From Dehalococcoidia bacterium (lineage in GTDB: Bacteria > Chloroflexota > Dehalococcoidia > UBA2979), in NCBI GenBank assembly GCA_965262725.1, contig OZ253555.1, positions 832,001-896,000 of the forward strand: a stretch of 64,000 nucleotides of DNA, given 5' to 3'. The position numbers were made by a program, and so were the translations under genes. A model generated the notes under the pieces. It had not been told where the DNA came from. It made no database searches and worked only from the letters and a program-made list of their open reading frames with translations. Of the stretch, positions 39,731 through 49,459 are shown piece by piece (position 1 is the first letter of the stretch; each line of letters opens with the position of its first letter).

Positions 39731-40477
39731 TCAACTCCAGCCGTCGATGAGGGGCACGAGGTCCGGCAGGCGGTCGATCACGGCGTCCGGTTCCACGTCG
39801 TAGGGCGGGACGCTCGGGTTCGGGCGCAGCACCGTCTTCATCCCGACGGAGCGCGCCCCGTGCACGTCGTCGAAGGGCCGGTCTCCCACGAAGACCGTGG
39901 ACGCCGGATCAGGGCCGCCGAGCGCGTCGAGCGCCGCGCGGAAGGCGAGCTCGTGCGGCTTCATGTACGGGAGCTCGCTCGTGTACACACGCGCGTCGAT
40001 GAGCGCGGCGAGGTGATCGCGCTCCAGGAATCGCTCGTGGAAGGCCCGCGGCCAGTGCGTGTTGGAGAGCATCCCGATGGCGATGCCGCGCTCGCGGAGA
40101 GCCGAGAGCGTCTCCGCCGCGTCCGGGTCGTGGACGATGTGCGGTGTCCAGGTGTCGAGGTAGCGCAGCGCGGCCTCCTCGAGCACCGCTCCCGCCACGT
40201 CGACACCGAGGTCGCGTGCGGCCATCGCCAGGATCTCGGCGAGCGTACCGGAGCGCTGATCGGTCGCTGTCCGCGACCAGAACGCCTCCTCGACGGCGCC
40301 GAGGCGCCGCCTGACCTGATCCGCGTCGAGCCGGGCACCGGATGCCGCCACCGGATGGGTGGAGGCGATGTGCCTGGCGGCGAGCGCCCACATGTCGTCG
40401 AGCTCCACGGGGGCGTAGGTCGCAAGGGTTCCGCCCCAGTCGAAGATGACGGCGTGGACGCCGTTTCTCATGGCCAC
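39731..40477 (-). CDS. HAD-superfamily hydrolase
   Basis: FDWGGTL, LSNT, KPH and VGDR..DD. Confidence 0.9.
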   Translation of the reverse strand: MAMRNGVHAVIFDWGGTLATYAPVELDDMWALAARHIASTHPVAASGARLDADQVRRRLGAVEEAFWSRTATDQRSGTLAEILAMAARDLGVDVAGAVLEEAALRYLDTWTPHIVHDPDAAETLSALRERGIAIGMLSNTHWPRAFHERFLERDHLAALIDARVYTSELPYMKPHELAFRAALDALGGPDPASTVFVGDRPFDDVHGARSVGMKTVLRPNPSVPPYDVEPDAVIDRLPDLVPLIDGWS

Positions 40478-40628
40478 CCCGTCTCCCCTCAGGCCCCGGG
40501 CTCCCGGGCACGCCGGGCCGCGTCACCCCGCACCGGCGCGTGGACTCATCGGTCGGGCGATCATGGATCATCGCGCGCCAGCGCGCCCGCCCCCGTCGCC
40601 TCGGGCAAGCCGGCGCGCGACCGGGTGT

Positions 40629-41456
40629 CTAGAGCGCCCGGTAGGCGTCGGAGAGCGTGCCGGAATCGAAGCCCAGGGGCGCCTCGCCGTTCGCGAACTC
40701 GTAGAGGGCCGCCTTGAAGATGCCCTCGAGCGCCTGAACGGTGGCGACCGTCAGCCCCACGATCACGGCCCCGGCGGCGAGCCCCGCTATCGGGCTCACG
40801 GCGAAGATCGCGGCGGCGGGGAGAAAGGCCACGAGAACGACGAGGATGTAGACGAGCCCGAAGCCGAAGGAGGCCGCGACCTGCTGGCCCCACGTGCGAC
40901 GGAAGAGGCTGCCCGATCGGCGGATCGCCGCGATCGGCCCGAGACCCTCGGCGACCAGGACCGGCACCACGAAGAAGGTCAGGTACGCCCACACGCCGCC
41001 CACGATCGCGAGCGCCACGCGCCCGAGGAAATTGTCGGTGCGTCCCCGGGCGAGCTGGAGAATGAGTCCCACGGTCGCGGCGATGATCGCCCATCCCAGA
41101 ATCTGCGGGAGATGCGTCGCGGCGGCACGCAGCCCCGAGCCGACGTTGGGATCGCCACCCCGCAGACGCTCGAGCGCGGCGGCGACCAGCGCGGCGTTGA
41201 AGAAGATGACGATGAAGTAGCCCGCGACGTAGAGGGCAAGCGAGAGCGCGATGTCGAGGGCTCCCGGGCTCGTGTCCGCTCCCTCCGCGGCGATCCTGTC
41301 GAGCGTTCCGGTCACGCTCGCGATGAGGAAAAAGGCGCCGGCGGCGATAAGCACGCCGATCCCGGAGAGGATCGGGAATACGATCAGCTCGCGGTCCTTC
41401 ATCAGGACGCGCCAGCTCATCCTCATCAGCTCGATGGTGTGCCCGATGGTGCGCAT
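40629..41456 (-). CDS. Conserved membrane protein (DUF6159-like)
   Basis: SWRVL..D.EL..FP, FFNAAL, W...TFFVVPV...E..GP..A..RS..LF..TWG. Confidence 0.75.
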   Translation of the reverse strand: MRTIGHTIELMRMSWRVLMKDRELIVFPILSGIGVLIAAGAFFLIASVTGTLDRIAAEGADTSPGALDIALSLALYVAGYFIVIFFNAALVAAALERLRGGDPNVGSGLRAAATHLPQILGWAIIAATVGLILQLARGRTDNFLGRVALAIVGGVWAYLTFFVVPVLVAEGLGPIAAIRRSGSLFRRTWGQQVAASFGFGLVYILVVLVAFLPAAAIFAVSPIAGLAAGAVIVGLTVATVQALEGIFKAALYEFANGEAPLGFDSGTLSDAYRAL

Positions 41457-41564
41457 GCCGGATGGAGTATAGGAGCTCGCGACGGGGGGCGCCGGAGGTC
41501 CGGCGGCGCGCCGGCATCGGGGGTGGGAGGAACGTGGCCGGCGCATGCGGCTACGATCGCGCCG

Positions 41565-43028
41565 ATGACGCTCCCTCCCGAATTCGACGAACCGGCCGGC
41601 CGCACGATACGGCGTGAGATCGCGCGCACCGCCGCCGGCCTCGACGCGGGGCAGCGCCGCGTCTTCCGCGTGCTCTGGTTCATGGTTCCGCCGGGCTCGG
41701 TGGTCTGGAACGTGCAGTTCCAGGCGTTGCTCGCCTCGCGCTTCCTGAGCGACGTGGCCCTGCAGGCGCTGCTCTACAGCGTCCTGATAGACCGCGCCCG
41801 ATCCGGCGGCGGCGCCGTCGACGCCGCGCTGGTGGGCGTGGCCTTCCTGCTCCCGGGCGTCGTGCTGGGCATGTACGGGGGTGCGGTCGCGGATGCGCTG
41901 CCGAAGCGGGCCGCTCTCGCCGGCGCCTACGTGGCCATGGGCGTGCTCGCCTTCCTCATCCCGGGCCTCTTCGGCACTGACCTGCTGCCGCTTCTCGTCG
42001 TGCTGTTCGCGGTGCGCGTCGCCTATCAGGTCTCGCAGCCCTCGGAGGCGTCCACGCTGCCCCTGGTCGCGACCGAGGCGGAGCTGGCGTCGGCGACCTC
42101 GTTCCTCTCTTTCGTCTCGTCCGTCGGGGAGGTCGTGGGGAAGGCGCTGCTCGCGCCGGTGGTCGTCGTGCTGTGGGGCGTGCGCGTCGTCACGGTGATA
42201 GCGAGCCTGCTCTTCCTGCTCTCGGCGACGCGCGTTCTCGATCTGCGCCTCGGCTCCGAGCCGCCTCGGGCGGTGTCCGGCGGCGGGGAGGCCCGCCGGG
42301 TTCGTGCCTCCGCGCGCTCAGAGGTCGGTCGCTACGCCCGCGCCGGCCAGTCGCTCCTGCTGACGATGCACAGCGCCACCCGGGAGATGCTCCCGTGGCT
42401 CTCGGGGCAGCCCGCGGTGCTCTGGACGCTGCTGCTCGCGGCGATGGCGAGCACCGTCTCCGTCTGCGTCGGCATCCTCGGGCCGCAGTACACCAGCGAG
42501 GTGCTGGGGGTCGACCCGGAGAACGCTCTCTACGTCTTCGCGCCCGCCGCGCTCGGCCTCGTCGTCGCGCTCCTCATCACGCCGCTCTCGATCCGGCTCG
42601 TGGGTGAGCGCGTATCGGCGGCGGCCGGCTTCGCCTCGGCGGCCGCCGGCATGACCGCGCTCGGTGCCGTCGGTGCCGTGACGGAGAGGGTGGGCTGGCT
42701 CGTGGTCATCGACCTTCCCGGCGTGCCCGAGGAGGTCGAGGTGGCGGCTCTGCTCTCGATCTCGCTCGGCTTCGGCCTCACGCTCGCCGCCGCCTCGACG
42801 CAGACCTACGTGAGCAAGTACGTGCCGCCGGCGATCCAGGGCCGCACCTTCGCGCTGCTCGGGGTGCTTCGAGACGGACTCGCGGGCGTGTCGCTGCTCC
42901 TTCTCGGCGTGGTCGCCGACGCCGTGGGAACGGCGACCGTACTCACGGTCGCGCCCGCCGTGCTGGTGGCTCTCGCCTGGGCCGTGGCGTGGCTCGCCGG
43001 CCGCGTCCGCGAGCCCGCCCGCGCCTAG
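41565..43028 (+). CDS. MFS transporter
   Basis: GAVADALPKR motif and multiple TMs. Leaderless ATG 41565; the longer 860-aa ORF runs upstream into opposite-strand genes. Confidence 0.82.
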   Translation: MTLPPEFDEPAGRTIRREIARTAAGLDAGQRRVFRVLWFMVPPGSVVWNVQFQALLASRFLSDVALQALLYSVLIDRARSGGGAVDAALVGVAFLLPGVVLGMYGGAVADALPKRAALAGAYVAMGVLAFLIPGLFGTDLLPLLVVLFAVRVAYQVSQPSEASTLPLVATEAELASATSFLSFVSSVGEVVGKALLAPVVVVLWGVRVVTVIASLLFLLSATRVLDLRLGSEPPRAVSGGGEARRVRASARSEVGRYARAGQSLLLTMHSATREMLPWLSGQPAVLWTLLLAAMASTVSVCVGILGPQYTSEVLGVDPENALYVFAPAALGLVVALLITPLSIRLVGERVSAAAGFASAAAGMTALGAVGAVTERVGWLVVIDLPGVPEEVEVAALLSISLGFGLTLAAASTQTYVSKYVPPAIQGRTFALLGVLRDGLAGVSLLLLGVVADAVGTATVLTVAPAVLVALAWAVAWLAGRVREPARA

Positions 43029-44095
43029 GGATACAGGGGGAGGCGCGAGAGCCCGTCGGCGGTATCGCGGCCGAACATCAGGTTGAGGTTCTGGAGCGCG
43101 TTCCCGCTCTGCCCCTTCATCAGGTTGTCGATCGAGGCGATCACGACGACCCGCCGCCCATCCGCGGAGGTCACCAGCGAGATGTCGCAGTAGTTCGAGC
43201 CGGCCGTCCCCTTGAGGGTTGGCGGGGTCTCAAGCACCCGCACGAAGGGCTGCTCGGCGTAGCGCTCGCGGTAGAGGGCGAGCAGCGCGTCCCGCGACGT
43301 CGGGCGTGCCAGGCGCGCGTGCATGGTGGAGAGGATGCCGCGCGTGGTACCGAGCAGGTGGGGGACGAAGTGGAGCGAGGCCCCGCCACCAGAGCCGAGT
43401 CGGCCCAGCGTCAGCTCCGCCTCCACCACGTGCTGGTGCGCGAAGACGCGGTACGGGACGACGTTGTCCGAGAGGTGCGAGAAGTGCTGAGCTGCCGACG
43501 GCTTCTTGCCGGCGCCCGAGGAGCCGGTCAGGCCGTCGATGGTGACCTCCCGGTCCGCCAGGAGATCGCGCTCGAAGAGCGGCGCGAGGCCGAGGATGAT
43601 CCCGATGGCGAAGCAGCCCGGGTTGCCGACGATCGGGGCCTCGCGTATCTCGTCGGCGCGTAGCTCGGGGACGCCGTAGACCGCGCGCCCAAGCAGCGCC
43701 TCCGCCGCGTGCGCTTCCTCGGCGATGCCGGGATGGGCGCGCGCGTAAAGCGCGTAGTCCTGACTCGAACCGAAGCGGAAGTCCCCGGAGTAGTCGAGGA
43801 AGCGAATTCCCGCGTCTGCGAGCGCGGGCGCATAGCTCTGGGAGACGCGGTCGGGCGTCGCGAAGACGACGACGTCGCAGCTCGAGCCGATCGCCGCCGG
43901 CTCGGGACGCTGGACGACGAGGTCGCATCGCCCCGCCAGGTGCGGGTAGACTTCATCGATGCGGCGCCCGGCGTCGTCGCGTGCGAGCAGAGCGGTGACG
44001 TCGAAGCCGGGGTGTCCCAGGAAGAGCTCGAGAATGCCGAGTCCACCGTAGCCGGTGGCCCCGACGATCTGAGCCCTCAGCGGCCCCTCGGTCAT
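43025..44095 (-). CDS. argC: N-acetyl-gamma-glutamyl-phosphate reductase
   Basis: GATGYGG, D.SGDFR, YGVPE, NPGCF, SGAG and DNLMKG.SG.A.QN.N. Confidence 0.95.
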   Translation of the reverse strand: MTEGPLRAQIVGATGYGGLGILELFLGHPGFDVTALLARDDAGRRIDEVYPHLAGRCDLVVQRPEPAAIGSSCDVVVFATPDRVSQSYAPALADAGIRFLDYSGDFRFGSSQDYALYARAHPGIAEEAHAAEALLGRAVYGVPELRADEIREAPIVGNPGCFAIGIILGLAPLFERDLLADREVTIDGLTGSSGAGKKPSAAQHFSHLSDNVVPYRVFAHQHVVEAELTLGRLGSGGGASLHFVPHLLGTTRGILSTMHARLARPTSRDALLALYRERYAEQPFVRVLETPPTLKGTAGSNYCDISLVTSADGRRVVVIASIDNLMKGQSGNALQNLNLMFGRDTADGLSRLPLYP

Positions 44096-44237
44096 TCCCG
44101 CTGCCTCTCCCGCCAGGCGCCCGGCCCATCCCGGGCCGCCCGTGAGGCTACCGCCTGTTCGCCCGGGCGTCCGCCCATGGCGCGGACCCTCCGCCGGGTG
44201 CGCCCGCCCGCGCGCGTCGGCTGCTAGCGTACGGGAG

Positions 44238-44780
44238 ATGAGCGCCCCGGGCATGAGTCCGACGTGGCGGGAGCTGTTGCCGCTCTCGGATGAGGCGTTG
44301 CTCGCGCAGTGCGATGTCGATCGCTACCGGGCGAGCGGGCCCGGCGGGCAGAAGCGCAACGTCACGGACTCGGCGGTGAGGCTCAGACACCGCCCGAGCG
44401 GCCTCGTGGCGCAGGCGCACGAGTCGCGCTCGCAGCACGAGAACAGGGCTCGCGCCCTCAGGCGGTTGCGCCGCGCGATCGCGCTCGGGGCGCGCGCGCC
44501 CGTCGCCGCTCCCGGAGAGGCTCCGCCGCCCGAGCTCCGCCCGCTCGCGGCCGGCGGGCGGGCGGGGACGCTCCACCGTCGCGATGCCCGCTACCTGCCG
44601 GCCGTCGCGGCGCTTCTCGACCTGCTGGTGGCACACGACGGAGAGCTGGCGACGGCGGCGGCGGCCGGGGGGATCGGGAGCGCGCGCGCCGCGCGACTGC
44701 TCGCCCGCGAACCGGCCGCGCTCGCCGCGGCGAACGCCGTGCGCACACGCCGCGGCCTGCGCCCGCTGCGCGAGCGCTAG
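44238..44780 (+). CDS. Peptide chain release factor-like GGQ-domain protein
   Basis: RASGPGGQKRN.TDSAVRL.H.PSG and RSQHENR..A. Confidence 0.85.
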   Translation: MSAPGMSPTWRELLPLSDEALLAQCDVDRYRASGPGGQKRNVTDSAVRLRHRPSGLVAQAHESRSQHENRARALRRLRRAIALGARAPVAAPGEAPPPELRPLAAGGRAGTLHRRDARYLPAVAALLDLLVAHDGELATAAAAGGIGSARAARLLAREPAALAAANAVRTRRGLRPLRER

Positions 44781-46173
44781 CAGGGTCGGGAAAAAGGCCC
44801 CCTTTGGCGCGGCCACGGAGCGAATCACCGCCAAGAGGGCGTATGCGGCGTCATTTCGGGGCCGATTCTGGCCCCCTCCGGGGCTCTCTCAGCCCGTCCG
44901 GGCGCCCCGGGACCTACTCCGGGCGCACTACGCCCGTGACAGCGCGGCGTCGATATTGGCCACGCGCACCAGGTTGTACGCGGCAGCGCCCATCTCCATC
45001 CAGAAACCGTTGACCTGTTCGCCGATGTAGCGGAGCTTGCGCCCGCCCCCCACGGTCTTCAGCCACCCGAAGCTCTCCTCCACCATCTTGCGCCGGCGCT
45101 GACTCACCTCGTAGCCGGGCGTCTGCGCCACCTCCTCGGGGATGGCGCTGTGCTTCGCTCGCCGTGCCACGTGCGGCACGACCCCGAGTTCGCACAGCCC
45201 CTCCACGAAGTGCTTCGCGTCGTATCCCTTGTCGGCGCCCAGCGTCGCCCCCGGTGTCAGGCTGCGCTCGGCCATGGCCAGCGCCGCATCCCGCTCCGCC
45301 CGCCCGTGCGCCGTCGTGAGCTCGACATCGACGATGAGCCCGTTGCGGTTCTCCGTCATCACATGCCCGATGTAGCTCGGGCGCGCCGCCTGCCCGTTCC
45401 CCTTCCGGTACAGGTGCGCGCCGGGATCGGTCGTGCTGACGTGGGTGTCCCGGTGCCGGCGCTCGCCGCGGAAGTCGACGTCCGGATTGCGGCCCGCAGG
45501 CTTGTCCCCGTCCTGCTCGTCGCGTGACCGGTAGCTCTTGTGCGACGCCCACGCCTCGAGCTGCGACCCGTCGACCGTGAAGTGCTCCTCGGACAGCAGG
45601 TTCCGCTCCCTCGCCTCCCTCACGACTTCCTCGAAGAACCCCCGGGCGATGTCGCCGTCAAGGAGCCGGGAGCGGTTCTTCGAGAACGTGGAGCGGTCGA
45701 AGGAACCGGGGTCTCCCGGGAGGTCGAGGAACCACTTGAACGCCATGTCGGACCGCAGCCGCTCGCAGAACTGGCTCTCGCTACGAATCGAGAAGAAGGC
45801 GATGAGGAGTGTCGACTTGAGCAGCGTCTCGGGCGGAATCGACGGTCGCCCGGACTCGCTGTAGAGACCGTCGAAGCGCGGGGAGAGATTGGCGAGCGCC
45901 CGGTCGACGATGGGCTTGATGCGTCGGAGCGGGTGGTCGCTGGGGACGAACATCTCCGGGCAGGTGAGAGTGGCGCGGCCCTGGTCCTCGCTCTGTCCTC
46001 GCATCGATATCCTCCCTCGTGGGGGTCCCTCTTGTATGATCGTTAGTATACTCGTCTTATCAGTTACAGTCGACCACTACCTGGGGCTTCTGACAGCTAC
46101 CGGGGGCGTTTGTTGCACCCGCGGGGCACCGCCGGCCATGCTCCGGGCACCCAGGGAGAAAATCACAACCCTG
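44781..46173 (-). mobile_element. IS5-family insertion sequence
   Basis: CTAG direct repeats at 44777-80 and 46174-77; terminal IRs CAGGGTCGGGA / CAGGGTTGTGA (9/11); encloses the transposase. Confidence 0.85.
44928..46004 (-). CDS. IS5-family DDE transposase
   Basis: HPLRRI, GRPSIPPE, VDGS, GADKGYD, R..VEESFGW.K; ORF intact. Confidence 0.95.
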   Translation of the reverse strand: MRGQSEDQGRATLTCPEMFVPSDHPLRRIKPIVDRALANLSPRFDGLYSESGRPSIPPETLLKSTLLIAFFSIRSESQFCERLRSDMAFKWFLDLPGDPGSFDRSTFSKNRSRLLDGDIARGFFEEVVREARERNLLSEEHFTVDGSQLEAWASHKSYRSRDEQDGDKPAGRNPDVDFRGERRHRDTHVSTTDPGAHLYRKGNGQAARPSYIGHVMTENRNGLIVDVELTTAHGRAERDAALAMAERSLTPGATLGADKGYDAKHFVEGLCELGVVPHVARRAKHSAIPEEVAQTPGYEVSQRRRKMVEESFGWLKTVGGGRKLRYIGEQVNGFWMEMGAAAYNLVRVANIDAALSRA

Positions 46174-46203
46174 CTAGGGGGCCTCGGCCGTCCCGTCCGG
46201 CCC

Positions 46204-46665
46204 TCAGCGGGTGCCGGTGAGTCGGTGGTCCCAGCTGCGATAGCGCTCCGCGTGGATGCGCAGCACGATGCGCTTCGGCGCCTGGCGTGCGGGCCGGGCC
46301 GCCTCCGGCGAGGCGTCGGCGCCGTAGCGGCGCCCGATCGCCTCCATCACGGCGCGCGTGCGCTCCGGGTCGCCCTCGATCAGCTCGCAGCGGCCGTCGA
46401 TCACGACGCCGCGCAGCTCCCCGTAGCCCGTCCCCGCCTCGACGAGCGCGGTGACGCGGGGATCGCGCCTGATGTTCTGCACCTTCTGCGAGCGGGCGTA
46501 GCTCGTGATCAGCGGCAGGCCCTCGGCGTCGAGGACGAACCACATCGGGACGACGTGCGGCCGCCCGTCCCGCCCGATCGTCCCGAGTACGAGGGTGCGC
46601 GCCTCCTCGAGCAGCGCGCGCCGCCCGCTCTCGTCCAGCGCGATGTCAGACCGCCGGCTCGCCAT
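46204..46665 (-). CDS. Pyridoxamine 5'-phosphate oxidase-like (PPOX class, possibly F420-dependent) protein
   Basis: GRPHVVPMWF, SQKVQNIRRDPRV, ELRGV and SWDH. Confidence 0.85.
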   Translation of the reverse strand: MASRRSDIALDESGRRALLEEARTLVLGTIGRDGRPHVVPMWFVLDAEGLPLITSYARSQKVQNIRRDPRVTALVEAGTGYGELRGVVIDGRCELIEGDPERTRAVMEAIGRRYGADASPEAARPARQAPKRIVLRIHAERYRSWDHRLTGTR

Positions 46666-46833
46666 GCCCTCTCCGCTCCGTCCCGAGCCTACCAGTTCGT
46701 CCCCGTCCGCCGGCGGGGTGCGGGTGCGCGAGCTCTCCACGGGCGACTCCCGCTCTGTTACATAAGGGGCCGCTACGTTGACGCGCCCACAGGGGCGTGG
46801 TAGCAGGGGCGCACCGTCGGCGGAGGGAGAGTC

Positions 46834-48021
46834 ATGCAGCCGCTTCACGGGATTCGCGTGATCGAAGTGGGTGCCAGCGTTGCGTCGGCCGCCGCGACGA
46901 AGACGTTCTCCGACTACGGTGCCGATGTCGTGACGGTGGAGCCCCCGACGGTCGGCTCACTCAGGCGCCTTCCGCCATTTCCGGAGGACCGACCACACGT
47001 CGACCACGGCGCTTACCACCTCGCGTTCAACACCGGTAAGCGGTCTCTCGCGCTCGATCTCGCCACGGCCTCGGGCCGCGAGGTGTTGACGCGGCTGCTC
47101 CACACCGCGCAGCTCGCCATCTTCGACGGGGCACCGCCCGAGATCCGGCGCCTGCGCGCGCTCGTCGATGCCGAGGAGGGGCCGAGCACGGTTGCGATCA
47201 CACCGCACGGACTCGACGGTCCCTACGCCGAGCGTCGCGAGAACGACCTCTCCGTGCTGTCGTGGACGACACGCGTCCACCGCAACGCCATCGAGGGCCG
47301 CGAGCCGCTCCGCTACGCGCCCGAGGCGGGGCACGTGCAGGCCGCCCACACCGCCGCCGCCGCCGGATTCGCGGTGTGCTGGGGGCTGCGCCACGGCGGC
47401 GTGAGGCGCGACGTCGACGTCTCCCAGGTCGAGGCGATCCTCGGCAACGTCGACACCTCGTTTGTCCCCTGGGCCTTCAGTGGCGCCGAGTGGGCGCGCA
47501 CCGGGGGGCAGTCCCACGTGGTCTACCCGACGGGCAACTACCGCTGCCGCGACGGCTATCTCACCATCTCGGCGCACATGGAGCCGTGGTTCAGCCGGCT
47601 ATGCTCAGCCATCGGCCACCCGGAGATGCGGGACGATCCGAGGTTCCGCCCCGAACAGCGCGGCGGCCACTGGGACGACTTCATGGAGTACTTCGGCCCC
47701 TACCTCGCCTCGCGCACGAGGCAGGAGGCGTTCGAGGAACTGCAGGACGCGGGCGTGATGGTCGCCCCGCTGCTCGACGTGTCGGAGGCTCTGACCGAGC
47801 CGCAGGCGGTCGCGCGCGGCTCGTTCGTTGAGGTGGAGCAACCCGGCGTCGGCACCCTCACGCTCGCGGGCGCGCCGTATCGCACGGGAGGGCTCGACTC
47901 CGCCGCGTGGAGTGCCCGCCCCTCCCCGCGCTTCGGGGAGCACACGGCCGAGCTGCTGGGTGAGCTCGGCTACGGAGCCGACGAGCAGATCGCGCTCTTC
48001 CGCGCCGGCGTGACGCGATGA
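46834..48021 (+). CDS. Class III CoA-transferase subunit (lacks catalytic Asp)
   Basis: NTGKRSLALDL and PRFGEHT; the Asp position reads 'AGHVQ'. Confidence 0.88.
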   Translation: MQPLHGIRVIEVGASVASAAATKTFSDYGADVVTVEPPTVGSLRRLPPFPEDRPHVDHGAYHLAFNTGKRSLALDLATASGREVLTRLLHTAQLAIFDGAPPEIRRLRALVDAEEGPSTVAITPHGLDGPYAERRENDLSVLSWTTRVHRNAIEGREPLRYAPEAGHVQAAHTAAAAGFAVCWGLRHGGVRRDVDVSQVEAILGNVDTSFVPWAFSGAEWARTGGQSHVVYPTGNYRCRDGYLTISAHMEPWFSRLCSAIGHPEMRDDPRFRPEQRGGHWDDFMEYFGPYLASRTRQEAFEELQDAGVMVAPLLDVSEALTEPQAVARGSFVEVEQPGVGTLTLAGAPYRTGGLDSAAWSARPSPRFGEHTAELLGELGYGADEQIALFRAGVTR

Positions 48022-48112
48022 GCGCCGCCGCCGTCCGGCCGCGAGCGCGCCCGCCGCGCGCCGGCCGCCGCGGCCCGGAGTGGGGCCGGGGGCGCCTCAC
48101 GGGGGGGCCACG

Positions 48113-49408
48113 ATGACGACGCAGGCGCTGGCGGGGCTGCGCGTGGTCGAGATGACGGAGGCGTGGGCCGGCCCGGTCGGCGCCTCTCTGCTCGGCGACA
48201 TGGGCGCCGACGTGGTGAAGGTCGAGTCGTACCCCCGAAGCTCGATGACGCGCCCCGTGCGCCGGCGCGAGGGGACCATGCCGGGGGACGGTCCCCCCTA
48301 CGAGCGCGACGCGCTCCACCACCAGGGGAACCGCAACAAGCGCAACGTCTGTCTCGACGTCCGCACCCCGGGTGGCGCCGAGGTCCTGCGCCGACTGATC
48401 GCGGGCGCCGACCTCTTCATCGAGGGCTACTCCTCCGGCACCATCGCGAAGCTCGGCTTCGGATGGGAGGTCGTGCACACCCTGAACCCCCGCACCTGCA
48501 TGATCTCGCTCGCCGGCTGGGGGGTGGCGGGGCTTTACGCCGGGAAGGTGACGCTCGGCGCCGGGCTCGACGCCACCAGTGGGCACATGGCCGTGCGCGG
48601 CTACGCGGACGGGCCGATGGAGGATGTGCGTTCCAATTTCCATTCTGACGCGACCGGCGCCGCCACCACCGTCTGCGCCGCGATCACGGCGCTCGAGGAG
48701 CGCGATCGGACCGGCGAGGGGTGCTTCACCGATCTCTCGCAGTGGGAGGGGCTCGTCTGGCAGTTTCCGGGGCTTCTCGGAGAGTGGACGATGAACGGGC
48801 GCCTGCCGGCCCGCCTCGGCAACCGCGATCCGCATGTGGTGCCGCACGGCGTCTACCGCGCCGCCGGGGACGACGAGTGGGTCGCCGTCGCCGCCGAGGA
48901 CGACGCGCAGTGGGCGGCCATCGCGGGCGCGCTCGGGCGCGGCGAGTGGGCGCAGGAGGGCCACCCCTGGTCGACGCTAACGGGGCGCCTCCGCGAGCGC
49001 GGGGCCGTCGATGAGGCGATCACCGCCTGCACGCGTGAACGCGCCGCCTTCGAGATCGCCGACGCCGTGCAGGCCGCGGGCGCCATCGCCGCACCGGTCA
49101 CCTCCGCCTCGCAGGTGCTGATGTCGCCGCAGCTGCAGGCGCGCGAGTGGAACCACACCATCGAGCACCGCTGGACCGGCCCGGCGATGGTCGGCGGTTT
49201 CCTGTGGCAGGTCGAACCGGACCCGCTGAGCTGGGATCGGCCGACGGCGCTCGTCGGCGAGCACAACGAGGAGATCCTCACGGAGCTGGGCTACAGTGCC
49301 GACGAGATCGCCGACCTACTGTGCCAGGGGGCGATTGCCGATAGCTACCCCGCTCCCGGAGAGACACGGGAGTCTGTCGGGTTGCCGCCGCGGGCCGAGG
49401 CTACGTAG
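48113..49408 (+). CDS. Class III CoA-transferase subunit (catalytic Asp present)
   Basis: WAGP, DMGADVVKVE, NRNKR, HSDAT and GEHN. Confidence 0.9.
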   Translation: MTTQALAGLRVVEMTEAWAGPVGASLLGDMGADVVKVESYPRSSMTRPVRRREGTMPGDGPPYERDALHHQGNRNKRNVCLDVRTPGGAEVLRRLIAGADLFIEGYSSGTIAKLGFGWEVVHTLNPRTCMISLAGWGVAGLYAGKVTLGAGLDATSGHMAVRGYADGPMEDVRSNFHSDATGAATTVCAAITALEERDRTGEGCFTDLSQWEGLVWQFPGLLGEWTMNGRLPARLGNRDPHVVPHGVYRAAGDDEWVAVAAEDDAQWAAIAGALGRGEWAQEGHPWSTLTGRLRERGAVDEAITACTRERAAFEIADAVQAAGAIAAPVTSASQVLMSPQLQAREWNHTIEHRWTGPAMVGGFLWQVEPDPLSWDRPTALVGEHNEEILTELGYSADEIADLLCQGAIADSYPAPGETRESVGLPPRAEAT

Positions 49409-49459
49409 GGTGACATACGGTCCGGCGGGAATGCTGGCGGGGCGCGTGCGAGGTCGCCG

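Noticed and set aside
40446-41564. N-terminal 373 codons of the 860-aa ORF
   Set aside because: They are antisense to real minus-strand genes; the MFS starts at 41565.
44880-46098. Alternative IS ends at GGGCTCTCTCAGCC and GGGCTTCTGACAGC
   Set aside because: They are not inverted relative to each other and have no target duplication; the CTAG-flanked ends fit better.
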